Origin: a virus
Lineage: Duplodnaviria > Caudoviricetes
Virus record (IMG/VR): IMGVR_UViG_3300028048_000060
Location: 32,001 to 96,000 of that record
DNA: 64,000 nt
Reading direction: 5' to 3' (one strand)
Translations under genes and position numbers: made by a program
The notes under the pieces: generated by a model
What the model saw: only the letters and a program-made list of their open reading frames with translations
Database searches by the model: none
Told to the model about the DNA's origin: nothing
Shown: positions 28,511 through 38,344 of the stretch, in pieces
Position numbering within the stretch: position 1 is the stretch's first letter
Layout of the letters: the number at the start of each line of letters is the position of its first letter

Positions 28511-28949
28511 AGAACTGTTAGAATCATTAAGTAAAATTTCAATTTCAGAAATTAGAATAAATGGATATCATTTTAAGAGTATTGTAGAAGTTTGTAATTC
28601 TATTCTTAAATGGTTAGAAGATTTAGACGTAATGACTTGGGGATTCACTTCTGAAAATGGTGGTTTGGTCTTAATTATTCATACCGAAGAATCCCAAGAC
28701 TCTGAAGAGGACTCTGAAGATGAAGAAAACGAAGAGAAAGAACTTACTGTATCAGATGTTTTAGAAAACATCCATTTTGATGATGAAAATACTATAGTCA
28801 TCTATGATAAAACTGATGGCAAAGTATATGACTCAGATGAAGATGATGTATTTGTCCTATGCGAGTTTTTGTGCTTAGATGTTAAAGAGTACGTTCAGAT
28901 TCATAGAGGTAAACATCAAATTATTGAAATCCATCTAAAGTGTTATTAA
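28500..28949 (+). CDS. Hypothetical protein, two tandem small domains
   Basis: Start moved to MKIKELL; acidic linker. Confidence 0.6.
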   Translation: MKIKELLESLSKISISEIRINGYHFKSIVEVCNSILKWLEDLDVMTWGFTSENGGLVLIIHTEESQDSEEDSEDEENEEKELTVSDVLENIHFDDENTIVIYDKTDGKVYDSDEDDVFVLCEFLCLDVKEYVQIHRGKHQIIEIHLKCY

Positions 28950-28984
28950 AAATGTGTTTTGTTATAGAGAGAAAGGAGATTTAA

Positions 28985-29455
28985 ATGATTGTTAGCGAAC
29001 TTATTAAAACTATGGCTGAGGATTTTAGAGAAAGTCTTTGGGATATCTTTATTGACGACTTAGAAATCGAGGAAGTTGAAGAATCTAAGAATGGTTATGA
29101 TGGACTCTTAAACGAAGAAGTTCATGACTGGTACATTGAACCTCCTTATACTAATGGTAAGTTCTTCGTAATGAAGATGTGTATCTATACTAAGAAATAC
29201 CACAAGGATACTTGGGACGAAGATACCGAAACTGTAAAGGAGTTTTTAAGAAGAACAAAAGACTCGCATGATGGTTTCAAAGCGATAGTTTATGACCCTG
29301 ATGAAAACGAATGTTTAAGTTTTACTATTTCTAAGGAATCATATCTTGAATTTGAAAAGACAGTTTCTGAAAAGATATTAGAAAGAATTGTTTCTTCTGA
29401 ACATTTTGATTTTTGTGAGCATGTTATACATATCTATTCTAAAGAGGAAGAGTAA
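28985..29455 (+). CDS. Hypothetical protein, two tandem small domains
   Basis: ORF with RBS. Confidence 0.65.
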   Translation: MIVSELIKTMAEDFRESLWDIFIDDLEIEEVEESKNGYDGLLNEEVHDWYIEPPYTNGKFFVMKMCIYTKKYHKDTWDEDTETVKEFLRRTKDSHDGFKAIVYDPDENECLSFTISKESYLEFEKTVSEKILERIVSSEHFDFCEHVIHIYSKEEE

Positions 29456-29457
29456 TT

Positions 29458-29748
29458 ATGCGAAATATCGAGTTTGTTAGCTACACTGGAGAATATCCAT
29501 GTCTATGTATGGGAACTCTTACTTTAAAGATAGATGGAAAGGAAATGTCTTTTAAGGGTGGATTCCATTCAGGAGGAACCTGTTTCTTCGATGAAGACTG
29601 GAATGACCATGTCACTGAAGGTGACTGGGAGATAGATTTTGACTATCCTGAATGGGAAGAATTAAATCTCACAGATGAAGAAAAGGAAGAAATTACATTT
29701 TTATTTAATGTAAACGTTGAGCATGGATGTTGCGGAGGATGTTTATAG
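29458..29748 (+). CDS. Hypothetical protein with C-terminal GCCGGC
   Basis: YPCLC.G and HGCCGGCL suggest metal binding. Confidence 0.7.
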   Translation: MRNIEFVSYTGEYPCLCMGTLTLKIDGKEMSFKGGFHSGGTCFFDEDWNDHVTEGDWEIDFDYPEWEELNLTDEEKEEITFLFNVNVEHGCCGGCL

Positions 29749-29776
29749 ACAAACAGTCTGTATAGGAGATTAAAGA

Positions 29777-30685
29777 ATGAAATTCAATGAAACATTAGAA
29801 AAAGAACAGAACTGGAAAGAATTTAAACTCACAGACAAGTGGACAACTGTGTTCGTAGAGTCTCCTGATACTATTTCCCACGAAGACACTGTGTCTATGA
29901 TAATGAGAAATGAGTCTATGTTTTACTGGGGTTCAGGAAATGATGATGAATTTAGAAACTTCTGTCGTGACTATGTGAGAGTCCCTAAGAAAATCCCTGA
30001 CTGGATTCAATCGTCTTTAAGAGACAATCCCGACAACTCTGAAGTCTTAGAATTCTTAGAAAATACATATGAGTCTAAACTTAAAGAGTTTAGAACTAAG
30101 TGGAATCAGAATCCAAATCCTGGTATCTTCGAAGTAGAACTGTTTGGAAGTTCATTTGTAGGTGGTCCTTACTCATTTGTTAATTACAAGACTAACAAAG
30201 TGGGGAAAGTTGAGTCCATTGGGAAGTGGGTAGAGTCCTTAGAAGAGTGTGAAGAAGAACTGTTATGGTTTGCAAAGACTTATCCACAGTATAAGTTCTT
30301 TGTCACATTTATGACTTCTGAAGATGGATATGGTTATGAAAATCATCATAATGCTTTTACACTTAGACTGTTTAATGGAAAAGTAGAAGTAGTTAAGACT
30401 AGAACAGAGAAAGAAACTGAGTATCTTTATAAGATAAACCATCTTAAAGGCTCTACTTGTGCCAAGAAACTTTCTTGGATAACAGATGTCTTATATAGAC
30501 TAAGATATTATAGACTTAGAAACTTCGTTGTTTCTTTGTCTGATAAGATTCTTAACAAGGAAGAGGAAAATGAGTATATCCGAATGGAGAGATTTTTCGA
30601 GCATAGAGATGAAAAGTATTTTGACAAAGCACATGCTCGTATGGTTATGGACGAATGGCTCTATATGTTAAGAAATAAGTCTTAG
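29777..30685 (+). CDS. Hypothetical protein
   Basis: 302 aa ORF with RBS. Confidence 0.75.
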   Translation: MKFNETLEKEQNWKEFKLTDKWTTVFVESPDTISHEDTVSMIMRNESMFYWGSGNDDEFRNFCRDYVRVPKKIPDWIQSSLRDNPDNSEVLEFLENTYESKLKEFRTKWNQNPNPGIFEVELFGSSFVGGPYSFVNYKTNKVGKVESIGKWVESLEECEEELLWFAKTYPQYKFFVTFMTSEDGYGYENHHNAFTLRLFNGKVEVVKTRTEKETEYLYKINHLKGSTCAKKLSWITDVLYRLRYYRLRNFVVSLSDKILNKEEENEYIRMERFFEHRDEKYFDKAHARMVMDEWLYMLRNKS

Positions 30686-30736
30686 AGAATCTCCCAAGGA
30701 CTGATAAATAAAAAATAATCATGCTTTAGAGGTATA

Positions 30737-31189
30737 ATGATGAAATTTAAGAACTTAAACGAAGCAAACACCAAACTGTATATGATGCTATCATGTGAAG
30801 ATGGAATTTTTGCAGGAAGTGGCAAGATAAGTGACCTGTGGTCCTTTGCGATGGAAAAAGTAGATAGATGCGGATTAATGGGAAGCAGTATCTATTATAT
30901 GCGTGTAGTATATGAAGATGGCACTTCATTTGTAACAGATAAGCAACTGGCATTATTTAAGTTTATAAGAGACTTTAAGACTGAAACTGTGATGAATAGG
31001 TTTAAACAGTCTGTTGAGAGAGACAGTCCTCTATATATCGAGTTTGTTACAGATTCCATTTGCTTTAGAATTGGAACACAAGACAAGTTTGAAGTATTTG
31101 ACGAAGACGATGAGCCATGTGATATATCAAAAATAGCAAAGGGCTCTGTCAAAAAACTCAATGGTTTCTTTTTTGACCAAATCATCTAA
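30737..31189 (+). CDS. Putative internal head protein
   Basis: N-terminus MMKFKNLNEA; GATAAATA late-like promoter at 30703. Confidence 0.55.
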   Translation: MMKFKNLNEANTKLYMMLSCEDGIFAGSGKISDLWSFAMEKVDRCGLMGSSIYYMRVVYEDGTSFVTDKQLALFKFIRDFKTETVMNRFKQSVERDSPLYIEFVTDSICFRIGTQDKFEVFDEDDEPCDISKIAKGSVKKLNGFFFDQII

Positions 31190-31263
31190 ACTTCTGGATC
31201 ACAAGACGCTGAAGTCTGGGATTAATCCATAAATCACATTCAAGAAAATTCTATGTCACAAAT

Positions 31264-31291
31264 AAGCCAACAAAAAGTTTGTTGGCTTTTT
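31264..31291 (+). terminator. Intrinsic terminator
   Basis: aagccaacaaa/tttgttggctt stem followed by T run. Confidence 0.75.
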
Positions 31292-31301
31292 CATTATCAT
31301 C

Positions 31302-31365
31302 GCATTAAAGCATTTAAGCATTTAAGCATTTAAGCATTTAAGCATTAAAGCATTAAAGCATTTAA
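31302..31365. repeat. Tandem repeat, 8 x GCATT(T/A)AA
   Basis: Eight contiguous octamers read directly. Confidence 0.95.
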
Positions 31366-31482
31366 GAGCTTCTAAGTGATGCCTTTAAAAACATCTAAAA
31401 TATTTTAAAATCTTATATCTATATAATAAACATGATTTAAATGCTTTGATGCTTTTTCAGAAACATCTAAACTTCGAATATT

Positions 31483-31535
31483 TTTGACTTAAACCCAAAA
31501 TATGTCTTGATTTTTCTTTTAAAATACATTATAAT
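31483..31535 (+). promoter_or_regulatory. Early promoter repeat
   Basis: TTTGACTTAAACCCAAA; TTGATT-N17-TATAAT. Confidence 0.85.
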
Positions 31536-31575
31536 AATAAACATAAAGCAAAGATATCAGAGAAAGGACATAACA

Positions 31576-31803
31576 ATGAAATTCAAAGAACTTTTCAAGA
31601 CACTTAGAATTTGTAAAGTAGAACTCTATAATCAAAAGTCTCAGACGGGAACACCATTCTTTAAAGGAAGACCAAATGACCTTCATCTTTCAACATATCT
31701 TGATATCGAAGAAGTAGAAGTAATTTCCATAGATGCTGTTTATGAGAATGGTGACTGTATCATGCTTATCGTTCTTAAAGGAACTTGGGGAGAAAGAGAA
31801 TGA
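31576..31803 (+). CDS. Small hypothetical protein
   Basis: Start moved downstream of promoter (MKFKELF). Confidence 0.65.
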   Translation: MKFKELFKTLRICKVELYNQKSQTGTPFFKGRPNDLHLSTYLDIEEVEVISIDAVYENGDCIMLIVLKGTWGERE

Positions 31804-31988
31804 CAGTTTCAGATATGGAAATTTACGAACCCCAGAGACAGTATTTGGAGTCTTTGGGTTTACTGAGTTGCAGTGTTATTTATTACGAACAGTTATGTGA
31901 CTCGTTTATAGTCGCTGTAGAGAGCGTGTTTAGTGACGCAACTGAAGAAGCCAAAGAAGGGAACGAAAAGAATGCCTGCTGTTTTTAA
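31800..31988 (+). CDS. Small hypothetical protein
   Basis: ATGA overlap with upstream ORF. Confidence 0.55.
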   Translation: MTVSDMEIYEPQRQYLESLGLLSCSVIYYEQLCDSFIVAVESVFSDATEEAKEGNEKNACCF

Positions 31989-32277
31989 TACTGTTGACGA
32001 ACTTACCCGAGACAAAGAAACCTTAGTTCAGGTAAATGATATCTTAGTTAAGCCAGGATTTCACTTTCACAGTTTTGCCAAGGTTGTGAGAGTCTCAGAT
32101 AAGAGCGTTTCCTTAGTTAGCTTGGAAGCAGAAACTGAGAAATTAATTGAAAACGACCTGATTTGCACACTCAAAGTAAAGCCAGGAAACCCAATTGGAG
32201 AACCCTTTACAAAGAAAAACTTAGACGAGTATGACTTATACGACCCTTCAAGAGTTTATTATGATGTAATGTATTAA
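31972..32277 (+). CDS. Hypothetical protein
   Basis: Overlapping, translationally coupled ORF. Confidence 0.6.
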   Translation: MPAVFNTVDELTRDKETLVQVNDILVKPGFHFHSFAKVVRVSDKSVSLVSLEAETEKLIENDLICTLKVKPGNPIGEPFTKKNLDEYDLYDPSRVYYDVMY

Positions 32278-32287
32278 GGACTAAAGA

Positions 32288-32512
32288 ATGAAAGCACATA
32301 TAACTAATCCTGCTATTGAAGCACTTAGAGAGGTCCTGACTAGACTGGAAACAAAGAAGTCAGAACTCGAAGGAACGATTAAGACTCTTGAAGAACAGGG
32401 AATGGATACATCATTCTTCAAAGGTTATCTCGAAGGGATATTAAAAGCAATCAAAGATGTAAGCTATGTTGAAATGTATTCTCCAAGAGATATAGAAGTC
32501 TATATGTATTAA
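32288..32512 (+). CDS. Hypothetical protein
   Basis: ORF with RBS. Confidence 0.6.
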   Translation: MKAHITNPAIEALREVLTRLETKKSELEGTIKTLEEQGMDTSFFKGYLEGILKAIKDVSYVEMYSPRDIEVYMY

Positions 32513-32527
32513 ATAGAGGAAAAGAAA

Positions 32528-33064
32528 ATGAGTTTAAAATTAGACAAACGCATCAAAGACAAAGATGATATTCAGAGTCTTATACATTATGACAAAACTA
32601 TGATAGGACAGACAGGATACTTTGCTCTTGACCTGTCATGCTTTAGTGATGTAGAGAAGTGGTGTAAGTATGGTGAACTAAGTGACATAGCAGACACAGA
32701 CGAAGATGGAAACGAACTAGACTTTAGTGAAGATACTATCTTCATTTCTGAGAGTCCTGAAGGATACCAGTATGGTTGGTCATTCTTTATCCCTGAGTCT
32801 TATCTCCTTCCTAAGGAAGTACAAGTAAGACCGTTTACATCTGAGGAATGGAAACATAAGTTTGAGATTGGAACAGTCTTAAAGTTAAGAGAAAAAGAGA
32901 CAAAAGATTTTAGTAAGTTGATGTACTTAGGGTATGATATTACTAGCTTAGGTTTAGAAGCACTCATAGGAAACACATTTTATAGTCTAGAGAGCCTCTC
33001 AGAGTTCTATGAGTATTATGACGAAGAAAGTCATAAGTGGGTTCCATTTGGTGTTGTTATGTAA
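32528..33064 (+). CDS. LDKRI-family paralog (two-domain)
   Basis: LDKRI, GYF, FFIPE, RPFT, WVPFG. Confidence 0.75.
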   Translation: MSLKLDKRIKDKDDIQSLIHYDKTMIGQTGYFALDLSCFSDVEKWCKYGELSDIADTDEDGNELDFSEDTIFISESPEGYQYGWSFFIPESYLLPKEVQVRPFTSEEWKHKFEIGTVLKLREKETKDFSKLMYLGYDITSLGLEALIGNTFYSLESLSEFYEYYDEESHKWVPFGVVM

Positions 33065-33074
33065 GGAGAATGAT

Positions 33075-33296
33075 ATGAGAAATGAAAATGAACGCATATA
33101 TGCAAGTGGTGGTGTTGGATTCTTTGGACTCTTGACTATTGTCTTGATTGTTTTAAAGCTATGTGGTGTAATTACTTGGGACTGGGTTTGGGTTCTGTTT
33201 GGACCATTCTTAGCTTCGGTGCTCTTGAGTATCTGTATTGTGGGATTAGTGATTGCATTAGCTATTATCGCCTCCCTCGTAGATAATTCAGACTAA
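33075..33296 (+). CDS. Small membrane protein
   Basis: GGVGFFGLLTIVLIVLKL.G.I.W.W.WV hydrophobic motif. Confidence 0.75.
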   Translation: MRNENERIYASGGVGFFGLLTIVLIVLKLCGVITWDWVWVLFGPFLASVLLSICIVGLVIALAIIASLVDNSD

Positions 33297-33350
33297 GTAA
33301 TTTAACCAAAGGAGATACTAAGTGTCTCCTTTTTATTTGGAACGATAAAA

Positions 33351-33563
33351 ATGACTTTTATTGAAAACTGTATTAACGAGTTTAACAAAGCGATAAATCA
33401 GGTTGACTCTAATCCTTATCCTTCTGAGACTGAGAAATACATTAAAAGACAGTGTTTGTACATAGTATCTGCCTTAAAAGACTCTTATCTTAGTAACGTA
33501 GAAAAGGAAATGATGTGTAGACGGTATATCAAAAAGGAAACCTTAGAAAAATTTAAAATTTAG
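33351..33563 (+). CDS. Hypothetical protein
   Basis: ORF track. Confidence 0.5.
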   Translation: MTFIENCINEFNKAINQVDSNPYPSETEKYIKRQCLYIVSALKDSYLSNVEKEMMCRRYIKKETLEKFKI

Positions 33564-33592
33564 TGTTTTATTATATAGAAAAGGATTTTAAA

Positions 33593-34561
33593 ATGACTCA
33601 GAACTTAGACTTTAGTATCTTTAAGTATCAGCATGTTGAACGTTTTGGGACCGATGAAACTGAGTATCTCTTAGATGAACCTCGTCTTGTTGTTCAGCCA
33701 AAGATAGATGGTACTAACTCATTGGTGATTTATAACACTGAAACTAAAGATGTCATTCCTGGAAACAGAGAAAGGTTCTTAACAGTTCAGAATGACAATG
33801 AAGGATTTGCTAAATTTGTCCAGGAAAATTATGGGAATTTCTCGAAAGCACTGGAAGAAATCTTTGAAGCATTTAAGTCATTTACACCATTTAATCCTGA
33901 CTATATCGTTCTGTGTGGCGAGATGACTAAAAATGGGACATTCCTTGTAGACCCTAAGTTCCTCCATAAGTTCTTTGTGTTTGATGTTGTTGCTATTATA
34001 GACAATGAAAAGTATTACATTCAGATTGAAAAGGTCCAGGATATCTTAGACAAACATGGGATTAGCTATGTTCCATCTAAGATTGTTCCAAGAAAAGAAT
34101 TATCTGATGTAGATGCATTATTAGAGAAGAATAAAGAGTTTTCAAAGTTCTTAATGAGACCTGAGTTTGAGACTGGAGAAGGATTCGTTATTAAGTCATA
34201 TTCAGGGCACGAAAATAAGTATGGAAGAACTGTTTGGGGAAAGATTCTTTATCCAAAGCCAAATTCTTCCATTAGAGCAAAGTGTCTCACTGATGATATG
34301 TATGCTGACATCTTAGACAACTGGTTCGATGAAGTTTTCTTAGAAAAGGAATATTTAAAATATGTTTCTCTATATAAAGACTTAAATATTTTTAAACTTG
34401 CTAATCTTGTTTCAAGGGAATTTATTAAAGAAGAGATTTCAAACATTGTCTTTAAATATAAGTTTCCTGTTATTGATTTTTCTAAGTTAAATGCTTTGCT
34501 GACTAAGAAAGCTAAGGATTTCTATGAACAGAAAACAAAGGAACAGAACTCAAAGGCATAG
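33593..34561 (+). CDS. RNA ligase, Rnl2-like nucleotidyltransferase
   Basis: KIDGTN (motif I), GE, FFVFD, EGFVIK, K. Confidence 0.8.
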   Translation: MTQNLDFSIFKYQHVERFGTDETEYLLDEPRLVVQPKIDGTNSLVIYNTETKDVIPGNRERFLTVQNDNEGFAKFVQENYGNFSKALEEIFEAFKSFTPFNPDYIVLCGEMTKNGTFLVDPKFLHKFFVFDVVAIIDNEKYYIQIEKVQDILDKHGISYVPSKIVPRKELSDVDALLEKNKEFSKFLMRPEFETGEGFVIKSYSGHENKYGRTVWGKILYPKPNSSIRAKCLTDDMYADILDNWFDEVFLEKEYLKYVSLYKDLNIFKLANLVSREFIKEEISNIVFKYKFPVIDFSKLNALLTKKAKDFYEQKTKEQNSKA

Positions 34562-34611
34562 GAGAAAAGTTTGGTTTTGGAAAGAAAATAAGGATTTAAA
34601 GGAGAAAGAAG

Positions 34612-34998
34612 ATGTTCAGAGCAAAAATACTTCAACCACTGTTCGAAAAGTCTAAGACAAATTTCTTTAGACCAGGAGAAGCAGAAGAAGATGTTAAAAC
34701 GAGATTTAACACCGAGTACTGTAAAGAATACTACGACAATTATGGATTCTATGACTACGAGATTTGGAACGTAGACTTTACATTTGCTTGCTTTATGTAC
34801 ACCCACCTAAAGGCACTTATAGACTTCCAAGAAAGAGCAGGTCAAAAAGGAGAGCTTGAAGACCACTGTAAGGAACTGTGTTCTAGGGTAGAAGGTCTTA
34901 TCGTAGAAGGCTATGACTTTTGGAAAGATGAAGACATAGAAAGATACAAAGATATCTGTAAGGAATTTGTTGAGATGATCCCTGGAATGTGGACATAG
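34612..34998 (+). CDS. Hypothetical phage protein
   Basis: YGF...E.WN.D motif; RBS. Confidence 0.7.
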   Translation: MFRAKILQPLFEKSKTNFFRPGEAEEDVKTRFNTEYCKEYYDNYGFYDYEIWNVDFTFACFMYTHLKALIDFQERAGQKGELEDHCKELCSRVEGLIVEGYDFWKDEDIERYKDICKEFVEMIPGMWT

Positions 34999-35103
34999 TA
35001 TTTCTAATTGTATTCAATATAAGAGCATCAAACTCCAAGATGCTCTTATCCAAATAACACCTTTAGTGTTTCTTTATAACAGTTCTCAGAATTCCTTAAA
35101 AAA

Positions 35104-35157
35104 TTTGTCTTTAACTAAAATTTTTTACTTGAATTTAAACTCAAAATACATTATAAT
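35104..35157 (+). promoter_or_regulatory. Early promoter repeat
   Basis: TTTGTCTTTAACTAAAA; TTGAAT-N17-TATAAT. Confidence 0.85.
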
Positions 35158-35190
35158 AATAAGCATAAAGAGATTTAGGAGAGAAAGGAT

Positions 35191-35409
35191 ATGAACGTAG
35201 AAGAATACTTAAAGAAATTCAATCTATCTAAGAATGACAATGTTATTCTTTGGATTCCAAGAGACCCTTTTGAATATCCTGATGACATAGAACTGATATT
35301 CAGAGGAGACGAAGATTTAGAAGATTACTTTAATAGAGAAGTAGAAGAAATCTCAGTTAATGAAACTGAAGATGGTCTGTGTTTAACCTTTGAATTAGAG
35401 GAAGAATAG
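35191..35409 (+). CDS. Small hypothetical protein, tandem paralog
   Basis: EYLKKFNLS.ND shared with next ORF. Confidence 0.7.
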   Translation: MNVEEYLKKFNLSKNDNVILWIPRDPFEYPDDIELIFRGDEDLEDYFNREVEEISVNETEDGLCLTFELEEE

Positions 35410-35411
35410 AA

Positions 35412-35615
35412 ATGACTCTTAGAGAATACTTAAAGAAATTTAACTTATCTGAGAATGACACTGTTTCTATTGATGTTGGATATACTGAAATCGAAGATAT
35501 CAAAGGAACAGAAGTCTTAGAATCCTTCAAGGAGTATCTTGATTACGATGTAAACACTGTCTATGTTTATCCCGGTGGAGACAGTATAGATATTGTGTTT
35601 GTCATCAGTGCATAG
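35412..35615 (+). CDS. Small hypothetical protein, tandem paralog
   Basis: EYLKKFNLS.ND shared with previous ORF. Confidence 0.7.
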   Translation: MTLREYLKKFNLSENDTVSIDVGYTEIEDIKGTEVLESFKEYLDYDVNTVYVYPGGDSIDIVFVISA

Positions 35616-35630
35616 TATAAGGACAGAGAA

Positions 35631-35957
35631 ATGATTATCAACTTAACCCCACACGATATTACTATCACTACTGGAACCAAGACTCTAACTGTCAAGCCAT
35701 CAGGACTCGCTCGTTGCGAAGAGACTTCTGAGGAAATAAAGGTAGTTGAAGACTGGATCCCTGTCTTTAGGGCCACTTATGGAAAGATAAGTGGTCTTCC
35801 TGAACCTAAAGAAAATACTATCTACGTTGTGAGTGCTAGAGTAGCACAAGCACTGAAAGAAACCAATCCTGAAAGAACTGACGTAATGATTCCTTCTAAG
35901 ACTCTCAGAGACTCAGAAGGAAACATTATAGGATGTACTGGGTTAAGTATAGTTTAG
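35631..35957 (+). CDS. Conserved phage protein (NLTPH family)
   Basis: NLTPH.I, GLPEP...YVVS..VA, RD..G.IIGC. Confidence 0.75.
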   Translation: MIINLTPHDITITTGTKTLTVKPSGLARCEETSEEIKVVEDWIPVFRATYGKISGLPEPKENTIYVVSARVAQALKETNPERTDVMIPSKTLRDSEGNIIGCTGLSIV

Positions 35958-35973
35958 CTTTGAGGATAATATT

Positions 35974-36267
35974 ATGAACAGTGTTGAAACAGAAAATCTT
36001 AAAGATACTATTAGAAGACTTCAGCGTATCGTTGAACTCAGAAACGAAGAAATCAAAATCTTAGAAGAACAGTTAGAAGACAAAATGTTAGAAAATCAGA
36101 TGTTAAGGAATTCTAACTCTAAGAGTCTCTACGACTCTGTGTGTTCTAAGTTGGATAATGTAATGCAGAGACTAGCAAATGCTGAGGCAAAGGTGAAACT
36201 AATCGAAGAATTTGTAGACTGTTATGACATGAAAAGTGAGTGGAATGACTGGAACTCACAAATGTAA
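35974..36267 (+). CDS. Coiled-coil hypothetical protein
   Basis: Heptad pattern. Confidence 0.65.
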   Translation: MNSVETENLKDTIRRLQRIVELRNEEIKILEEQLEDKMLENQMLRNSNSKSLYDSVCSKLDNVMQRLANAEAKVKLIEEFVDCYDMKSEWNDWNSQM

Positions 36268-36335
36268 TTTTAAACTATGTTTCTTATATAAAGATATAAG
36301 ATGAAACTTTTAATGGCCATAAGGATTGAACTAAA

Positions 36336-36596
36336 ATGAGACACCTAGACAAGCGAATTTTAAACAAAACTGATATTCAGACAGTCATTACGTGTGACGA
36401 GTTTTATGTTGGTGACAGAGGATGGTTTGGAGTTTCAGCCCAAGACTTCCACGACCTAGAAGGACCTGAAGTATTTGAAGGAGTTCTCCTTGGAATAGAT
36501 GATAATTATGATTATTGCTTTATAACCAAAGATAAAGAGGGAAATATAAGACAGTTCCCATACTTTGTTCCATTTGAGAGAGTATTGCTGAAGTAG
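36336..36596 (+). CDS. LDKRI-family paralog (N-domain only)
   Basis: LDKRI, GWF, YFVP. Confidence 0.75.
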   Translation: MRHLDKRILNKTDIQTVITCDEFYVGDRGWFGVSAQDFHDLEGPEVFEGVLLGIDDNYDYCFITKDKEGNIRQFPYFVPFERVLLK

Positions 36597-36659
36597 ACTT
36601 CTACATATAAAAATTTTTTATAGAGACAAAGTCTCTATAAATTTTTATTTTAACAAAAG

Positions 36660-36712
36660 TTTGACTTAAACTAAAATTTTTACTTGATTTTCTTTCTAAG
36701 ATACATTATAAT
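36660..36712 (+). promoter_or_regulatory. Early promoter repeat
   Basis: TTTGACTTAAACTAAAA; TTGATT-N17-TATAAT. Confidence 0.85.
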
Positions 36713-36747
36713 AATAGACATAAAGAGAAAAGAAAGGGAGTAAAGAT

Positions 36748-36951
36748 ATGATTTTAGCAGTATTCCTTGTAAAGTCAAATCCATCAAAAAGCATCGCCTT
36801 AAAAGATATCAAGGGAAACATCCTCTTCGAAGGAAAGGTCCAAGATGTTCCTTTTGGATTCTACACCTATGATATCTTTCACTCAAAACTAAAGGATAGC
36901 ACCCTTTGGTTATCTGAACCTTCAGTAGTTTTAGTCCCAAATGTAAAGTAA
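36748..36951 (+). CDS. Small hypothetical protein, paralog of 18683
   Basis: Shared pattern; RBS. Confidence 0.65.
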   Translation: MILAVFLVKSNPSKSIALKDIKGNILFEGKVQDVPFGFYTYDIFHSKLKDSTLWLSEPSVVLVPNVK

Positions 36952-36975
36952 GAAGCGCGAGGAAGGAGACGTCTT

Positions 36976-37179
36976 ATGACTATTAAGACCCTAGATGGAG
37001 TAAAAAAACTCTTAGAAACAAGAATCTTAGAATATAAAGAAGAAATTAAGTCTGAGAATGTAAGGAATGACAGAGACCTACATAACATGGTTGATGGTGA
37101 AATCTTTGCTTTAGCTGACCTTTACATCGACATCTTTGGAAAGGAAGCATTCGAAGAGTTAATCAAGGAGAGCAAATAG
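36976..37179 (+). CDS. Small helical protein (IFG.E.F family)
   Basis: Paralog of 37522 and 37996. Confidence 0.65.
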   Translation: MTIKTLDGVKKLLETRILEYKEEIKSENVRNDRDLHNMVDGEIFALADLYIDIFGKEAFEELIKESK

Positions 37180-37181
37180 CT

Positions 37182-37520
37182 ATGATTATAGACACCCAAG
37201 ACATTGAAGAAATGATAAAGGAACATCTTTCTGAAGAACAGTATGATGTTGTGTGTGACTTAGCTAACTTTTATAACTCTCGTAAAGACAATATTAAAAG
37301 TATCACATTTGGATATAGAAGACCTTGGACTCACTGTTTTGTCAGTTTCAGGTTAGAAGGAAGAGGTGTATTATTCGATTTTAATGCTGATATAGTTTCT
37401 CGTATTTTTGAAGAGTGTTTTCTCTATAAAATCCATAAGAGTCCTAAAACAAAGTTATTCTCAGATAACAAAACTGAGGAAAACGAATTCACTGAGTTTC
37501 CTGATAATGAGGAGTTTTAA
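37182..37520 (+). CDS. Hypothetical protein
   Basis: ORF with RBS. Confidence 0.6.
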   Translation: MIIDTQDIEEMIKEHLSEEQYDVVCDLANFYNSRKDNIKSITFGYRRPWTHCFVSFRLEGRGVLFDFNADIVSRIFEECFLYKIHKSPKTKLFSDNKTEENEFTEFPDNEEF

Positions 37521-37521
37521 A

Positions 37522-37707
37522 ATGACAGAAGAAGACTTTAAGCAACTCTTAGAAGAAACGTATAAAGAATGGTATACAGATGAAACAGATGATTATGGTG
37601 GCAGTCTAAATTGGCAAGCACTTCTTGTTATAGAAGAAATGTATGAAACAATCTTTGGACAAGAAGAATTTGATGAATTTGTTAAGAGGGTTAGAAATGG
37701 AAACTGA
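37522..37707 (+). CDS. Small helical protein (IFG.E.F family)
   Basis: Start moved to MTEEDF after GGAG. Confidence 0.65.
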   Translation: MTEEDFKQLLEETYKEWYTDETDDYGGSLNWQALLVIEEMYETIFGQEEFDEFVKRVRNGN

Positions 37708-37999
37708 AAAGATGACTGATTTTATCGCATTATTTCACCTAGTAGAATACCTTAAGGGTTTTGATGATGATACTTCTGTTGAAACAGTAATAGCTTACCT
37801 TGAGTCTGACTTAGAGCATTATATGTCTAAGGAAAACAAGACTCTTAGAGACAAATTTGAGATTGTCCAAACAAAGTTCTTTATCGAAGAAATTGATAAT
37901 GTGTGTAATACTATCTCATGTAAAACATCAAGAGAATTAGCAAAGTTATACACAGCACACTTAAACTTGAATTATATGGAAAAGAGGGATGAAATATGA
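37697..37999 (+). CDS. Hypothetical protein, paralog of 43313
   Basis: L.EYLK...D..V...LE...KFE pattern. Confidence 0.6.
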   Translation: METEKMTDFIALFHLVEYLKGFDDDTSVETVIAYLESDLEHYMSKENKTLRDKFEIVQTKFFIEEIDNVCNTISCKTSRELAKLYTAHLNLNYMEKRDEI

Positions 38000-38253
38000 C
38001 TTTAGATGAAATCAAGAAACTCTTAGAAGAAATGTATGAAATGAGACTGCGTTGGAATGAACTAGAACCTGGTGAGAATCCTTATGAGGTAGTTGAAGTC
38101 ATAGAAGAGATATACTCCAATATCTTTGGAAGTGATGAGTTTGATGAATTTATTAAGAGAAAGGAAGAAGCACAGAAGTCATTTGACCCTTTAAAGTATC
38201 ATATGGGATTACTGAGTGGGTCAAGTGGAGCTATTGAGGACTGTTTGCTTTAG
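37996..38253 (+). CDS. Small helical protein (IFG.E.F family)
   Basis: KKLLEE.Y...IEE.Y..IFG. Confidence 0.65.
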   Translation: MTLDEIKKLLEEMYEMRLRWNELEPGENPYEVVEVIEEIYSNIFGSDEFDEFIKRKEEAQKSFDPLKYHMGLLSGSSGAIEDCLL

Positions 38254-38344
38254 AATGGGACAAAGGGCATTAGAAATGGAGACTGAAGAAGGCTTAAATG
38301 TCTATATAGTAAGTCAGATGCTTTTGTAAATTTAAGGAATAAAA

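Noticed and set aside
31302-31365. Possible mini-CRISPR
   Set aside because: Contiguous 8-mers without spacers
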